Positions 27,425 to 37,082 of a stretch of DNA of 64,000 nucleotides are shown in pieces. Made by a program: the position numbers and the translations under genes. The notes below the pieces were generated by a model. That model saw only the letters and a program-made list of their open reading frames with translations. It ran no database searches and had not been told where the DNA came from. Positions within the stretch are counted from its first letter, which is position 1; each line of letters opens with the position of its first letter. Source of the DNA: an uncultured Collinsella sp. (GTDB lineage: Bacteria; Actinomycetota; Coriobacteriia; Coriobacteriales; Coriobacteriaceae); the NCBI GenBank assembly GCA_902470915.1, contig CABRIB010000001.1, positions 551 to 64,550 of the forward strand, written 5' to 3'.

Positions 27425-29590
27425 ATGAGTGGTAAAGAACAGCTCTTTGAGGTATCGCTCGAACGCGAAGGCGCGTATCGCAGCATTTCGGCGGCGCTCG
27501 AGGCGGCGGAGCGGTGTGTGCCCGATGTGACCGTGCCGGTGCGCGTGCTGGTGGCGCCGGGTGAGTACCGCGAACGGGTCGAAATTCGTCGTCCGCATGT
27601 GACGCTCGAGGGCGAGACGGCCGACAGCGTGCGTATCGTGGGAGGCCTGGGTGCCAAGATGCCTTCGGAAGATGGTAGCGGCCAGGATGGAAGACTCGGC
27701 ACCTTCCGTACGTACACGGTGCTGGTCGATGCCGACGACGTGACGCTTGCGGGTCTAACAATCGAAAACAACGCCGGTGATGGGCGCGAGGTCGGCCAGG
27801 CGATTGCCCTGTATGCCGATGGTGACCGCCTGGTTGTCGATGCCTGCTGCATTAAGGGACACCAGGACACGCTCTTTTTGGGGCCGCTGCCGCCGCGCGA
27901 GGCCAAGCCGGGCGGCTTTATAGGCCCCAAGCAGTTCGCCCCGCGCCGTGTGGGGCGGCAGTATTTTCGACGTTGCCGGATCGAGGGCGATGTCGACTTT
28001 ATCTTTGGCGGCGCGCGTGCCTACTTTGAGGGGTGTGAGATTCGCTCGCTCAACCGCGATATGGATGTCAACGGGTATGTAACGGCAGCCTCCACGCCTC
28101 AGGGCGAGCCGTACGGATTTGTGTTCCATGGCTGTTCGTTTACAGCCGATGAGGGCATTGCCCCCGGATCGGTCTATCTGGGTCGTCCATGGCGCGAGTG
28201 GGCCCAGACCGTTTTGCTCGAATGCTGGCTGGGCCCCCATATTTCACTCGAGGGCTGGTGGGATTGGAATAAGCCAGCGGCACATGACGGCACCCTGTAT
28301 GCCGGCGGTACCCTGTTTGGCCCGGCGGGTGATACTGCCGCTTGGGTGCCGTGGGCGCATTGCCTGACCGGTCAGGATTCCGAACGCTATGCGCGTGACC
28401 GAGTGCTTGCCGGCACGGATGGTTGGGATCCCGAGGGCGGCGACGGTGATGCGGTAGAGACGGCCGGGCTATCTGCCAATGGCCGCACCGTGCACATCGA
28501 GACGTACTACGAGGGCGAACCTGCGCTGCGCGCCCGACTGAAGCGCGAGGGGCGCTCGGCCGCATTTACGGGCAAGACTCCCACAGACTTTGAGGCATGG
28601 AAGGCTGCGACCAGGACTCGTCTGCACGATATTTTGGGTCTTTCGCTTATGGACCGCGCCCCGATTGAGATTCGTGAGCTCAATCGCGTGCGGGTTGCTG
28701 GCAGCATCGTGCGTACTCATGCGGTGCTGCAGGTTGAGCACGATGTGTGGATGCCGTTTTACCTGTTGGAGCCGTCCCGCCCCAAGCTTGACGAGCGGGG
28801 ACTCAAGCGCTGCTATATCTGCCCGCATGGTCACCAGGGGGCGGGTGCTGCAAGCATAGCCGGCGTTGCGGGCGTGCCGGCGGTCGACGATGCCGTGCGT
28901 AAGTTCAATTACGACTACGGTCTGCGTTTGGCGCGCATGGGTTACGTGACCGTCTGCCCCGATGCGCGTGGTTGGGGATGCCGTCGTGACTGGAAGGGTC
29001 AGGGCGACGACGAGAACAGCTACCTGCGCGGTACGTGTCTGAATCAAGCACGTATGGCCGAGCCGCTGGGTCTTACGGTCGCGGGCCTCAATGCCTGGGA
29101 CAACATGCGCTTGATTGATTACTTGGAGACACGCGGTGACATTGCCATGGACGACCTGGGCTGCTTTGGTTTTTCGGGCGGCGGTTACATGACGTTGTAC
29201 CTGTCCGCGCTCGACCCGCGCGTGCGCAAGGCGTTTGTCTCGGGCTATCTGTACGGCGTTGATGATTCGCTACTGCACCTCAACGGCAATTGCAGCTGCA
29301 ATTACACGCCTGGACTCTGGCGTCTGCTCGACATGGGCGACATTGCCTCGCTTGTCGCGCCACGGCCGCTCTTGGTTCAGAGCTGCGAGAAAGACCATCT
29401 CAACGGCGCCCGCGGGCTTGCGAACGTAGACGAGCAGCTCGATATCGTTCGCGACGCCTACGCGCTGCTGGGCAAGGACGAAAACCTTCTGCACGAGGTC
29501 TGCCCGGGTGGACACCACCTGGGTGTGGCGCATCTTGCCGAGGATATCGAATGGCTCGATTCGCAAGTTGCGGAATGCGCCCACGCATAG
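27425..29590 (+). CDS. Fusion protein: CE8 pectin methylesterase (N) plus alpha/beta-hydrolase esterase (C)
   Basis: N-terminal half: QAIALYADGD, GHQDTLFLG, DFIFGGA and YLGRPWREW (CE8). C-terminal ~380 aa: alpha/beta hydrolase with the nucleophile elbow GFSGGG. No signal peptide. Confidence 0.85.
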   Translation: MSGKEQLFEVSLEREGAYRSISAALEAAERCVPDVTVPVRVLVAPGEYRERVEIRRPHVTLEGETADSVRIVGGLGAKMPSEDGSGQDGRLGTFRTYTVLVDADDVTLAGLTIENNAGDGREVGQAIALYADGDRLVVDACCIKGHQDTLFLGPLPPREAKPGGFIGPKQFAPRRVGRQYFRRCRIEGDVDFIFGGARAYFEGCEIRSLNRDMDVNGYVTAASTPQGEPYGFVFHGCSFTADEGIAPGSVYLGRPWREWAQTVLLECWLGPHISLEGWWDWNKPAAHDGTLYAGGTLFGPAGDTAAWVPWAHCLTGQDSERYARDRVLAGTDGWDPEGGDGDAVETAGLSANGRTVHIETYYEGEPALRARLKREGRSAAFTGKTPTDFEAWKAATRTRLHDILGLSLMDRAPIEIRELNRVRVAGSIVRTHAVLQVEHDVWMPFYLLEPSRPKLDERGLKRCYICPHGHQGAGAASIAGVAGVPAVDDAVRKFNYDYGLRLARMGYVTVCPDARGWGCRRDWKGQGDDENSYLRGTCLNQARMAEPLGLTVAGLNAWDNMRLIDYLETRGDIAMDDLGCFGFSGGGYMTLYLSALDPRVRKAFVSGYLYGVDDSLLHLNGNCSCNYTPGLWRLLDMGDIASLVAPRPLLVQSCEKDHLNGARGLANVDEQLDIVRDAYALLGKDENLLHEVCPGGHHLGVAHLAEDIEWLDSQVAECAHA

Positions 29591-29658
29591 CCCCTCGGAT
29601 GTTGCGAATGAACGGTATGTACCTGTATGACCGCCGGTGTGCGGGTGAGGAGAAGAAT

Positions 29659-30327
29659 ATGGAAACGAAAAACTTGAGCGAATCGACCATCTGCTGCTTT
29701 GGCGATTCGACCACCTGGGGCGATAACGGATGCGGCGGGGGAGGCAACGATATCTCCTGGACTTCGCACCTGGGTGCGCTGCTGGGCGGCGCTACGATCG
29801 AGAACTATGGTATTAAGGGTTCGCGTATTGCCGTCAAGGCCGACCGTAGCGATTCGTTTGTCGAGCGCTTGGACGGCATCGATCACACGGCAGATATCTG
29901 CATCGTCTTTGGCGGCGTTAACGACTTTAGCCGTAACGTGCCGCTGGGAGAGCTGGGCAGCACGGACGTGCACGAGTTCTACGGTGCGCTCGACTACCTG
30001 ATCCGCACCATCACGGCGCGCTCGCCTCAGGCAAAGCTGGTGTTTATGACGCCGTGCAAGACGAGCGGCAAACACGAGAAGGATATCCCGGCAAGCAACG
30101 AGGCCAACCATCTGGGCCTGACGCAAGACGCCTATGTGCGCGCGATGCTGGAGGTCTGCGATCGCTACTCGGTGCCGGTGATCGACCTGTATGCGCAAAG
30201 CGGCATCAGCCCGTTTTTGCCGGAGCACCGCGAGCTCTACATGCCGGACGGTCTGCATTACAGCCCTGCCGGCTATGAGCGCCTGGCGCATCGCATCGCT
30301 GCGGGCCTCACCGCCGTTTGCCGTTAA
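29659..30327 (+). CDS. SGNH/GDSL hydrolase (candidate rhamnogalacturonan/pectin acetylesterase)
   Basis: Block I CFGDSTTWG, block III GGVNDF, block V DGLHYSPAG. ATG 29659 follows GGTGAGGAGAAG. The longer track ORF starting at 29290 overlaps the preceding gene. Confidence 0.85.
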   Translation: METKNLSESTICCFGDSTTWGDNGCGGGGNDISWTSHLGALLGGATIENYGIKGSRIAVKADRSDSFVERLDGIDHTADICIVFGGVNDFSRNVPLGELGSTDVHEFYGALDYLIRTITARSPQAKLVFMTPCKTSGKHEKDIPASNEANHLGLTQDAYVRAMLEVCDRYSVPVIDLYAQSGISPFLPEHRELYMPDGLHYSPAGYERLAHRIAAGLTAVCR

Positions 30328-30342
30328 AAGTTTGCCGTTCAC

Positions 30343-30378
30343 GGGGATTATAGGGTTAACGTTCACCCTATAATCCCC
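30343..30378. promoter_or_regulatory. 36-bp near-perfect palindrome centred on the GTTAACGTTCAC operator
   Basis: GGGGATTATAGGGTTAACGTTCACCCTATAATCCCC, with one mismatched pair. It lies in the 107-bp gap before GH105. An extra half-site GGGGAAACGTTCACCC lies at 30394-30409. Confidence 0.65.
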
Positions 30379-30434
30379 GTTCGCGTTACACTAGGGGAAA
30401 CGTTCACCCATCAATAACGTCAGAGGGGACAGCA

Positions 30435-31673
30435 ATGGGTTGCAATCAGATTCTGGACCGTTATATCGAGCAGTTGATCGAGACCTCTACGCCTCAGGCG
30501 CCGGCCTGGAATATCGAAAAGCTTCGCGCCGGCAAGGAGAACACCTGGAATTACATTGACGGCTGCATGATCAAGGCACTCATCGAGCTGTACGAGATCA
30601 CCGGCGAGCAGCGCTACCTGACCTTCGCCGACGACTATATCGACTTTTTTGTCCAGGATGACGGCACCATCAAGCATTACGATCCCCAGGAATACAACCT
30701 CGACAACGTCAATGCGGGCAAAACCCTCTACAAACTCTATGACCTGGTGGGCAAGCCCAAGTACCGTGCCGCCATGGATACCATCTATCGTCAGCTCGAA
30801 ACCCAGCCGCGTACCAAAGAGGGTGTGTTTTGGCACAAAGCCGTCTACCCCAACCAGATCTGGCTCGACGGCATGTACATGGCGCAGCCGTTCTACATGC
30901 AGTACGAGCTGAGCTTCCACAACCGCCGTGCCTGCTCGGATAGCTTCCATATGTTCCAGGTCGTGCATGACCTGATGCGCAACCCCCTCAACGGCCTGTA
31001 CTATCACGCCTACGACGCGAGCCGCAAGCAGTTCTGGTGCGATCCCGTCACCGGCCTTTCGGCCAACTTCTGGCTGCGCGCCGAGGGCTGGTTCGCCATG
31101 GCGCTCATCGATACCTGGGAGCTCATGCCGCCCTCGATGTCGGCCGAGAAGGACGAGATCCGCAAGATGTTCCACGACCTGATCGACGCCATGCTGCCGT
31201 ATCAGGACGAGAAGACCGGCATGTGGCACCAGGTCATCAACCTGCCCAATATCGCCCCCAACTATCTGGAGGAGTCGGGCAGCGCCATCTTTGCCAACGC
31301 CATCATGAAGGGCGTGCGCCTGGGCGTGCTGGGCGAGCGCTACTACCAGTACGGCCGCCGTGCGTTTGACGGCATCTGCGACACGTGCCTGTCCGAGCGC
31401 GACGGACAGCTGGCGCTCGACAACATCTGCCTGGTGGCGGGTCTTGGCAACACCGCGCACCGCGAGGGCACGTTTGGCTACTACATGAGCGAGCCCGTCG
31501 TCAAAAACGACGCGAAGGGCGTAGCGCCGCTGGTGCTTGCCTATATCGAGACCATGCATCATGACAAGCTTGCCGGTAAGCGCGATCCGCTTGCCCCTTC
31601 GGGCGTGTGCTCCATCGACGACCCGTTTGGCGGCTACACGCCGGGCATCAATGCTCATAAGGGGCGTGAATAG
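30435..31673 (+). CDS. GH105 unsaturated rhamnogalacturonyl/galacturonyl hydrolase
   Basis: YteR/YesR-like (alpha/alpha)6 protein: NYIDGCMIKAL, WHKAVYPNQIWLDGMYMAQPFY, FWLRAEGW. Confidence 0.9.
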   Translation: MGCNQILDRYIEQLIETSTPQAPAWNIEKLRAGKENTWNYIDGCMIKALIELYEITGEQRYLTFADDYIDFFVQDDGTIKHYDPQEYNLDNVNAGKTLYKLYDLVGKPKYRAAMDTIYRQLETQPRTKEGVFWHKAVYPNQIWLDGMYMAQPFYMQYELSFHNRRACSDSFHMFQVVHDLMRNPLNGLYYHAYDASRKQFWCDPVTGLSANFWLRAEGWFAMALIDTWELMPPSMSAEKDEIRKMFHDLIDAMLPYQDEKTGMWHQVINLPNIAPNYLEESGSAIFANAIMKGVRLGVLGERYYQYGRRAFDGICDTCLSERDGQLALDNICLVAGLGNTAHREGTFGYYMSEPVVKNDAKGVAPLVLAYIETMHHDKLAGKRDPLAPSGVCSIDDPFGGYTPGINAHKGRE

Positions 31674-31674
31674 C

Positions 31675-32580
31675 GTGGGGGCCATTACTCCGGGCGTGCG
31701 TTTACACGACCTTCCGCAGGGGACCGTCGAGGAACGCATTCGCATGGCAGGAGAGCTGGGCTTTTCGTGCATTCAGCTGCCGAGCAAGGTGCTCTACGCA
31801 TCAATGGGAATCGATCGATGCGGTCTGACCCGCGAGCTCGCCGACCATTTGCGTGCGGTGCTCGATGAGGCGGGCGTTTCGGTCGCCGTGCTCGGCTGTT
31901 ATAAGAATCTGGCGACGCCCGATCGACAACAGCTCACGGATAACTTTGCCGAGTACGAGGCGTGCTTGAACTTTGCTCAGATGCTCGGCGGCTGTCCGGT
32001 TGGCACCGAGACCGGTCGTCCCAATGCGCAGAACCGCGTTGCTGACGACCGTATGACCGACGAGGCACTCGATGCGTTTATGGATGGACTCGCGCGCGTC
32101 TGCGAGTGCGCCGAGGCCGTGGGTGGGCAAATACTGATCGAGCCCGGCTGGAACGAGACGGTCAACACGCCAGATCGCTGCCGTGAGGTGCTGGAGCGCG
32201 TCCCGAGCCCGGCGCTCGGCGTGATCTACGACCCGGTGTCGCTGCTGCATCCCACGATCGTCGGTGAGGCTTCCGAGCAGGTGTCGCGTATGTTGCACCT
32301 GTGCGGCAGCAAGATTCGCGTGCTGCATGCCAAGGACTACGAGATCGTAGACAACGAGGACGAAGCCGGCTGGTGCGACGGTACGGGTTCTCGCCTGGTG
32401 TGCTACGGCGTGGGCGAGACGGGCCGCTATGACTTTGAGCCCGTGGTGGCCTGGGCGGCTGCCGCCTGTTCGGGGATTCCTTGCGTGGTCGAGAACAGCG
32501 TGCCGGCGACGGCGGCTAGCTGCCTGGCGACACTCGAGCGCATGTCCGCTCGCTGCGGGGCTCCGCATCGCGAGATATAG
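31675..32580 (+). CDS. Xylose-isomerase-like TIM-barrel protein (sugar phosphate isomerase/epimerase family), function unknown
   Basis: AP-endonuclease-2/XylA-like TIM-barrel pattern (GFSCIQL..., ILIEPGWNE...). I use GTG 31675, just after the GH105 stop; the 31537 start in the track overlaps GH105. Confidence 0.65.
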   Translation: MGAITPGVRLHDLPQGTVEERIRMAGELGFSCIQLPSKVLYASMGIDRCGLTRELADHLRAVLDEAGVSVAVLGCYKNLATPDRQQLTDNFAEYEACLNFAQMLGGCPVGTETGRPNAQNRVADDRMTDEALDAFMDGLARVCECAEAVGGQILIEPGWNETVNTPDRCREVLERVPSPALGVIYDPVSLLHPTIVGEASEQVSRMLHLCGSKIRVLHAKDYEIVDNEDEAGWCDGTGSRLVCYGVGETGRYDFEPVVAWAAAACSGIPCVVENSVPATAASCLATLERMSARCGAPHREI

Positions 32581-32682
32581 CATTGGCTTTTGCCGTGGCG
32601 GCATATTGAGTTTGCTTGACTGGGGGCGGCGGTGAAGTTTTTTATCGTCGCCTCATTGGATTACATCAAAAAGGGGAGTTGC

Positions 32683-33900
32683 GTGGCTATCCACATTGTT
32701 GAAGAGGCGAATCGTTGCCTAGGTTGCAAAAAGGCGTTCTGCCAGCTTAAGGGCTGCCCGGTGCAGACGCCTATTCCGCAGGTCATTGACTTGTTCAAGC
32801 AGCGTCGTCTGGAAGAGGCAGGTGAGCTGCTGTTCCAGAACAACCCCATGAGTGCGGTCTGCTCCATGATCTGCAACCATTCGGGTCAGTGCGAGGGCGC
32901 GTGCATCCAGGGCCGCAAGGGTGCGCCGGTGCACTTCTCGAGCATCGAGAACTATATCTCGACTGCGTATTTGGACCGTAAGGAGTGGAAGCCTGCGCCG
33001 TCGTGCGGCAAGCAGGTTGCCGTGGTCGGTTCCGGTCCTGCCGGCATTACCGTGGCCATTAAGATGGCCCAGCTGGGCTGTGCCGTCACGGTGTTTGAAC
33101 AGCGCCCCGAGATCGGCGGTGTGCTGGAGTACGGCATCCCCGAGTTTCGCCTGCCCCGTGCTCTCGTGCAAAAGTACCGTCACGTGATGTGCTCGCTTGG
33201 CGTGCGCGTCCGTCCCTCGACCACCATCGGTGGTGCGCTGCATATCGACGACCTGCTGCGCGACGGCTACGATGCGGTCTTTGTCGGCACCGGTACCTGG
33301 CGCGCCCGCAAGCTGGGTATTCCCGGCGAGTCGCGTGGCAACGTACTGTTTGGTATCGATTACCTGGTCGATCCCACGAGTGTGGCGATCGGTCAGAACG
33401 TGGCGGTTATCGGCGCCGGCAACGTGGCCATGGATGTTGCCCGTACGGCTCTGCGCTCGGGCGCTCGCAAGGTTACCGTGTATGCCCGATCGCGCCATAT
33501 CTCGGCCATCGATGACGAGGTGGAGCTGACCGAGCTTGACGGTGCCGAGATCGTGCGCGGCAAGGCGATCTGCGCCATCGACGATAACGGTCCGGTGTTC
33601 GAGACGGCTATCTTTGACGAGGACGACAACGTGGTGGGCTACGAGGAAGAGCTCGACCATGCCGCGGCCGATACCATCGTCATCGCGGCCTCTCAGGTGC
33701 CCAAGGACAAGCTCGTGCTTACGACGGGCGGTCTGGAGACCGACCATCGCGGCCTGCTTTCGGTCGACGAACATGGCATGACTACCGTGCCCGGCGTCTT
33801 TGCCGCCGGCGACGTGGTCAATGGCCCGCTCACCGTGGTCCATGCCGTAGCCGGCGCCAAGCTCGCCGTCGAAGGCATGACATCCTACCTGGGCCTCTAA
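32683..33900 (+). CDS. GltD/PreT-like NAD(P)H-dependent Fe-S flavoprotein (glutamate synthase small-subunit family)
   Basis: N-terminal Cys clusters (CLGCKKAFCQLKGCP; CSMICNHSGQCEGAC) and two dinucleotide folds (VVGSGPAGIT, VIGAGNVAMD). GTG 32683 follows AAGGGGAG. Confidence 0.8.
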   Translation: MAIHIVEEANRCLGCKKAFCQLKGCPVQTPIPQVIDLFKQRRLEEAGELLFQNNPMSAVCSMICNHSGQCEGACIQGRKGAPVHFSSIENYISTAYLDRKEWKPAPSCGKQVAVVGSGPAGITVAIKMAQLGCAVTVFEQRPEIGGVLEYGIPEFRLPRALVQKYRHVMCSLGVRVRPSTTIGGALHIDDLLRDGYDAVFVGTGTWRARKLGIPGESRGNVLFGIDYLVDPTSVAIGQNVAVIGAGNVAMDVARTALRSGARKVTVYARSRHISAIDDEVELTELDGAEIVRGKAICAIDDNGPVFETAIFDEDDNVVGYEEELDHAAADTIVIAASQVPKDKLVLTTGGLETDHRGLLSVDEHGMTTVPGVFAAGDVVNGPLTVVHAVAGAKLAVEGMTSYLGL

Positions 33901-33917
33901 CCTATCCCACCCTTATC

Positions 33918-33984
33918 AGTTGCGGTGAAATACGGACTGTTTTGGCTGATAAAAGCCTCAATTGCCCCGTATTCCACCGCAACT
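33918..33984. repeat. 67-bp palindromic repeat (GTTGCGGTGAAATACGGACTG family), copy 1
   Basis: AGTTGCGGTGAAATACGGACTGTTTTGG...CCCCGTATTCCACCGCAACT. It lies between two co-oriented oxidoreductase genes. Confidence 0.85.
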
Positions 33985-34100
33985 TTTTTATGGGTCGAGC
34001 GAAGGGTGGGGGAGCGTGTGAGGTTGCGTGCTGGACGGGTGCTGATACGATAAGAGGGTTAGCAAGTGCCGCCACGCGGCTCAAACGAAAGGAAGCCTGT

Positions 34101-36050
34101 ATGGAGTCCTCTGCCTATCCGATGCTCTTTAGCCCCATCAAGGTTGGTACGACCGAGGTTAAGAACCGTGTCTTTATGCCGCCGGTGTCCACCAACCTGG
34201 CCGATCACGGCTATGTGACCGACGACCTGGTCGACCACTATCGTGCCCGTGCCAAGGGCGGCGTGGGTCTCATCATCACCGAGGTCGTGACCGTCGAGCC
34301 CACCTACACCTACCTGCCGGGCGATATGTGCTGCTACGATGACACGTTCATCCCTGGTTGGGAAAAGCTCGCCGCCGCCGTGCACGAGTACGGCTGCAAG
34401 ATCATGCCGCAGCTCTTCCACCCCGCCTACATGGCCTTTAACATCCCGGGCACGCCGCGTCTGGTCGCTCCGTCCTTTGTGGGCCCGTCCTATGCTCGCG
34501 AGGCACCGCGCCCCATCACGGTTGACGAGATTCATGAGCTCACGCACCAGTTTGGCGACGCTGCCGTGCGTATGCAGAAGGCCGGCGTCGATGGCGTCGA
34601 GGTCCATGCGGCCCACGCCCACGGCATGCTCGGTGGCTTTTTGACCCCGCTCTACAACAAGCGTACCGATGAGTACGGCGGCTCGCTCGACGCCCGCATG
34701 CGCTTCTTGCTCGAGGTCATCGCCGAGATTCGCGAGCGCTGCGGTAAGGAATTCATCATCGACGTCCGCATTTCGGGCGACGAGTACACCGATGGCGGCC
34801 TGACCCTCAACGACATGATCTACGTCTCGCGTCGCCTGGAGAAGGCCGGCGTCGATATGATCCACGTGTCGGGCGGCACCACCATCAAGCGCGGCTCCGC
34901 GATTCCCGCCGCCGGCACCCAGCAGGCCTCGCACGCCGCCTGCTCGCGCGAGATCAAAAAGCATGTGAACATTCCCGTCGCCACGGTCGGCCGCATCAAC
35001 GAGGCATGGATTGCCGAGGAGCTGATCGAGGACGGCGCCGCCGACATCTGCATGATGGGCCGCGCCAACCTGTGCGATGCCGAGTTCTGCAACAAGGCTG
35101 CCGCCGGCAACGCCGACGAGATTCGCCCCTGCATCGGCTGCCTGCGCTGCCTGAACGGCATCATGTTTGGCAAGCGCATCTCCTGCACCATCAACCCCGA
35201 TGTCGAGCGTGACGAGGCTGGCTACGAGCCCGCCACCGAAGCTAAGAACGTGCTCGTTGTGGGCGCCGGTCCCGCCGGCATGGAGGCGGCGTTCATTGCC
35301 GCCAAGCGCGGGCATAACGTGGTGCTCGTGGACAAGCAGGACGAGCCGGGCGGCGAGATGCGCATTGCTGCCGTTCCGCCGGCAAAGCAGGAGCTTACCC
35401 GCGTGATCAAGTACCAGTATCGTCGTCTTGCCGAGGCCGGCGTAAAGTGCGTCTTTGGTACCGAGCTTTCGGCCGAAGACATTCAGCGTGACTACGCCGG
35501 GTATGAGGTTGTCCTGGCATATGGCGCCGAGCCCATCGCTCCGGCCTTTATGCAGGGCTTTAAGCAGGTCATGACGGCTGACGATCTGCTGGGCGGCAAT
35601 GCCTTCCCGGGCAAGAAGATTGTCATCGTGGGCGGCGGCACCGTCGGCTGCGAGACGGCTGACTACCTGGCCCCGCTGGTCAACGACCTGTCGCCAGCCA
35701 ACCGCGATGTCACCGTCATCGAGATGACCAAGACCCTTGCCGCCAACGAGGGCGGCGCCGGCCGCGCGGTACTCATCACGCGCATGCTCTCTAAGGGCGT
35801 CCACGTGCTGACCGAGGCCAAAGTGACCGAGATCACCGAGGACACCATCAGCTACGAGAAGGACGGCGAGATCCACACCATCACCGGTGCCGATACGCTG
35901 GTGCTCGCCATGGGCTACCGCCCCAACACCAAGCTCGCTGACGACCTGGCAGCTGCCGGTGTTGCCACCCACGTGCTGGGCGACGCCAACAAGTGCGGCA
36001 ACATCCGCGACGCCATCGGCGACGGCTACAAAGTGGCCTGCGCCCTCTAG
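34101..36050 (+). CDS. OYE/FadH-type ene-reductase (FMN TIM barrel + 4Fe-4S + FAD/NAD(P) domains)
   Basis: The N-terminal domain resembles old yellow enzyme / 2,4-dienoyl-CoA reductase. It has a Cys motif CIGCLRCLNG...C and dinucleotide folds VVGAGPAGMEAA and IVGGGTVGCE. ATG 34101 follows AAAGGAAG. Confidence 0.9.
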   Translation: MESSAYPMLFSPIKVGTTEVKNRVFMPPVSTNLADHGYVTDDLVDHYRARAKGGVGLIITEVVTVEPTYTYLPGDMCCYDDTFIPGWEKLAAAVHEYGCKIMPQLFHPAYMAFNIPGTPRLVAPSFVGPSYAREAPRPITVDEIHELTHQFGDAAVRMQKAGVDGVEVHAAHAHGMLGGFLTPLYNKRTDEYGGSLDARMRFLLEVIAEIRERCGKEFIIDVRISGDEYTDGGLTLNDMIYVSRRLEKAGVDMIHVSGGTTIKRGSAIPAAGTQQASHAACSREIKKHVNIPVATVGRINEAWIAEELIEDGAADICMMGRANLCDAEFCNKAAAGNADEIRPCIGCLRCLNGIMFGKRISCTINPDVERDEAGYEPATEAKNVLVVGAGPAGMEAAFIAAKRGHNVVLVDKQDEPGGEMRIAAVPPAKQELTRVIKYQYRRLAEAGVKCVFGTELSAEDIQRDYAGYEVVLAYGAEPIAPAFMQGFKQVMTADDLLGGNAFPGKKIVIVGGGTVGCETADYLAPLVNDLSPANRDVTVIEMTKTLAANEGGAGRAVLITRMLSKGVHVLTEAKVTEITEDTISYEKDGEIHTITGADTLVLAMGYRPNTKLADDLAAAGVATHVLGDANKCGNIRDAIGDGYKVACAL

Positions 36051-36200
36051 TCAACCCCTTGGTGCATTGAGGTCAGGTTACTTTGCACCAACTTGGTGCA
36101 TGTAAACCTGACCCCTTTGCACCAGTCGATAGATAGCAAAAAGCGGCGGCCGTCCCGTGTTGGGGCGGCCGCCGCTTGCGTTAGTTGCGATGGGTCGCGA

Positions 36201-36842
36201 TTAGAGACCCAGGAGCTCCTTGACCTTGGCGATGATGGCCTCGTCGGTGGCGTTGGCGAAGAAGTACTCCTGGAAGTGCTCGCCAGCCAGAGCGCCCTTG
36301 ACCAGGTCCTGGTCGATCTCGCCCAGGACGTCGACGAGCGGACGCATGGTCACAGCGCGGACGCCGTCGAGGATCTTCTTGTTGCGCTGCTCGGGCTCAA
36401 CACGCTCGGCAGGATAGCCGTTGCCCGAACCAAAGCCGAAGAGCTTCTCGAAAGTGTACTCGAGGTTGAGCTCCTGGCCCCAGCCGTTCTTGAGGGCGAA
36501 GGGCATGGCGACGGCGTTACCGTCGTTGACCTGGGCGAAGGTGTAGGCATCCAGCGGGTCGGCGACATGGCCGCACAGCACGCCGGGGAAGGAGTTGCAG
36601 GCGAGCATGGCGCCCTCGCCGGTGCCGCAGCCGGTCACGACATAGTCGGCAGCGCCGGAGTTGAGCAGCACGGCGGCAAGGATGCCGTTCTGAACGTAGG
36701 TGAGCGGCTTGGAGTCGGCATCGGCATACATACCGTAGTTAAAGACGGTGTGGCCCATGGGCTCGACAACCTTCTTAAGGGCAGCCTCGATCATGGGGTT
36801 CTTGGAGTTCTGGGAGTTCTCGTTGATGAGAGCGATCTTCAT
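36201..36842 (-). CDS. RpiB/LacA/LacB-family isomerase, DhuI-like (candidate 4-deoxy-L-threo-5-hexosulose-uronate ketol-isomerase)
   Basis: 213 aa with an RpiB/LacAB fold (VVTGCGTGEGAMLACNSFPGV). It is adjacent to and co-oriented with the KduD/DhuD-type SDR. ATG 36842 follows GGAAGG. Confidence 0.75.
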   Translation of the reverse strand: MKIALINENSQNSKNPMIEAALKKVVEPMGHTVFNYGMYADADSKPLTYVQNGILAAVLLNSGAADYVVTGCGTGEGAMLACNSFPGVLCGHVADPLDAYTFAQVNDGNAVAMPFALKNGWGQELNLEYTFEKLFGFGSGNGYPAERVEPEQRNKKILDGVRAVTMRPLVDVLGEIDQDLVKGALAGEHFQEYFFANATDEAIIAKVKELLGL

Positions 36843-36864
36843 TGCGAAATACCTTCCTATTTCT

Positions 36865-36932
36865 AACCTGCGGTGAAATACGGACTGTTTTGCCTGAAAG
36901 AAGCCAAAATTAATCCCTATTTCACCGCAACT
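36865..36932. repeat. Palindromic repeat, copy 2
   Basis: AACCTGCGGTGAAATACGGACTGTTTTGCC...ATCCCTATTTCACCGCAACT, 23 bp upstream of the DhuI-like start. Confidence 0.85.
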
Positions 36933-37082
36933 TTTGAACGAACGATTGGGCAAGACCCAATGTGGGCAGTTGCGGCGAGGGCGCGTGAGGTGCGTCAGCT
37001 CGCCGCGAAAGAGGAGGGCATAGGCCTTTTGGCCATGCCCGACGAATGAGCCGCGAGATGGCGTGGCTCACGCGGCCGCAGC

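Noticed and set aside
36093-36866. 257-aa plus-strand ORF overlapping the DhuI-like gene.
   Set aside because: The opposite-strand RpiB/LacAB-family ORF has clear motifs and an RBS. This ORF is low-complexity.
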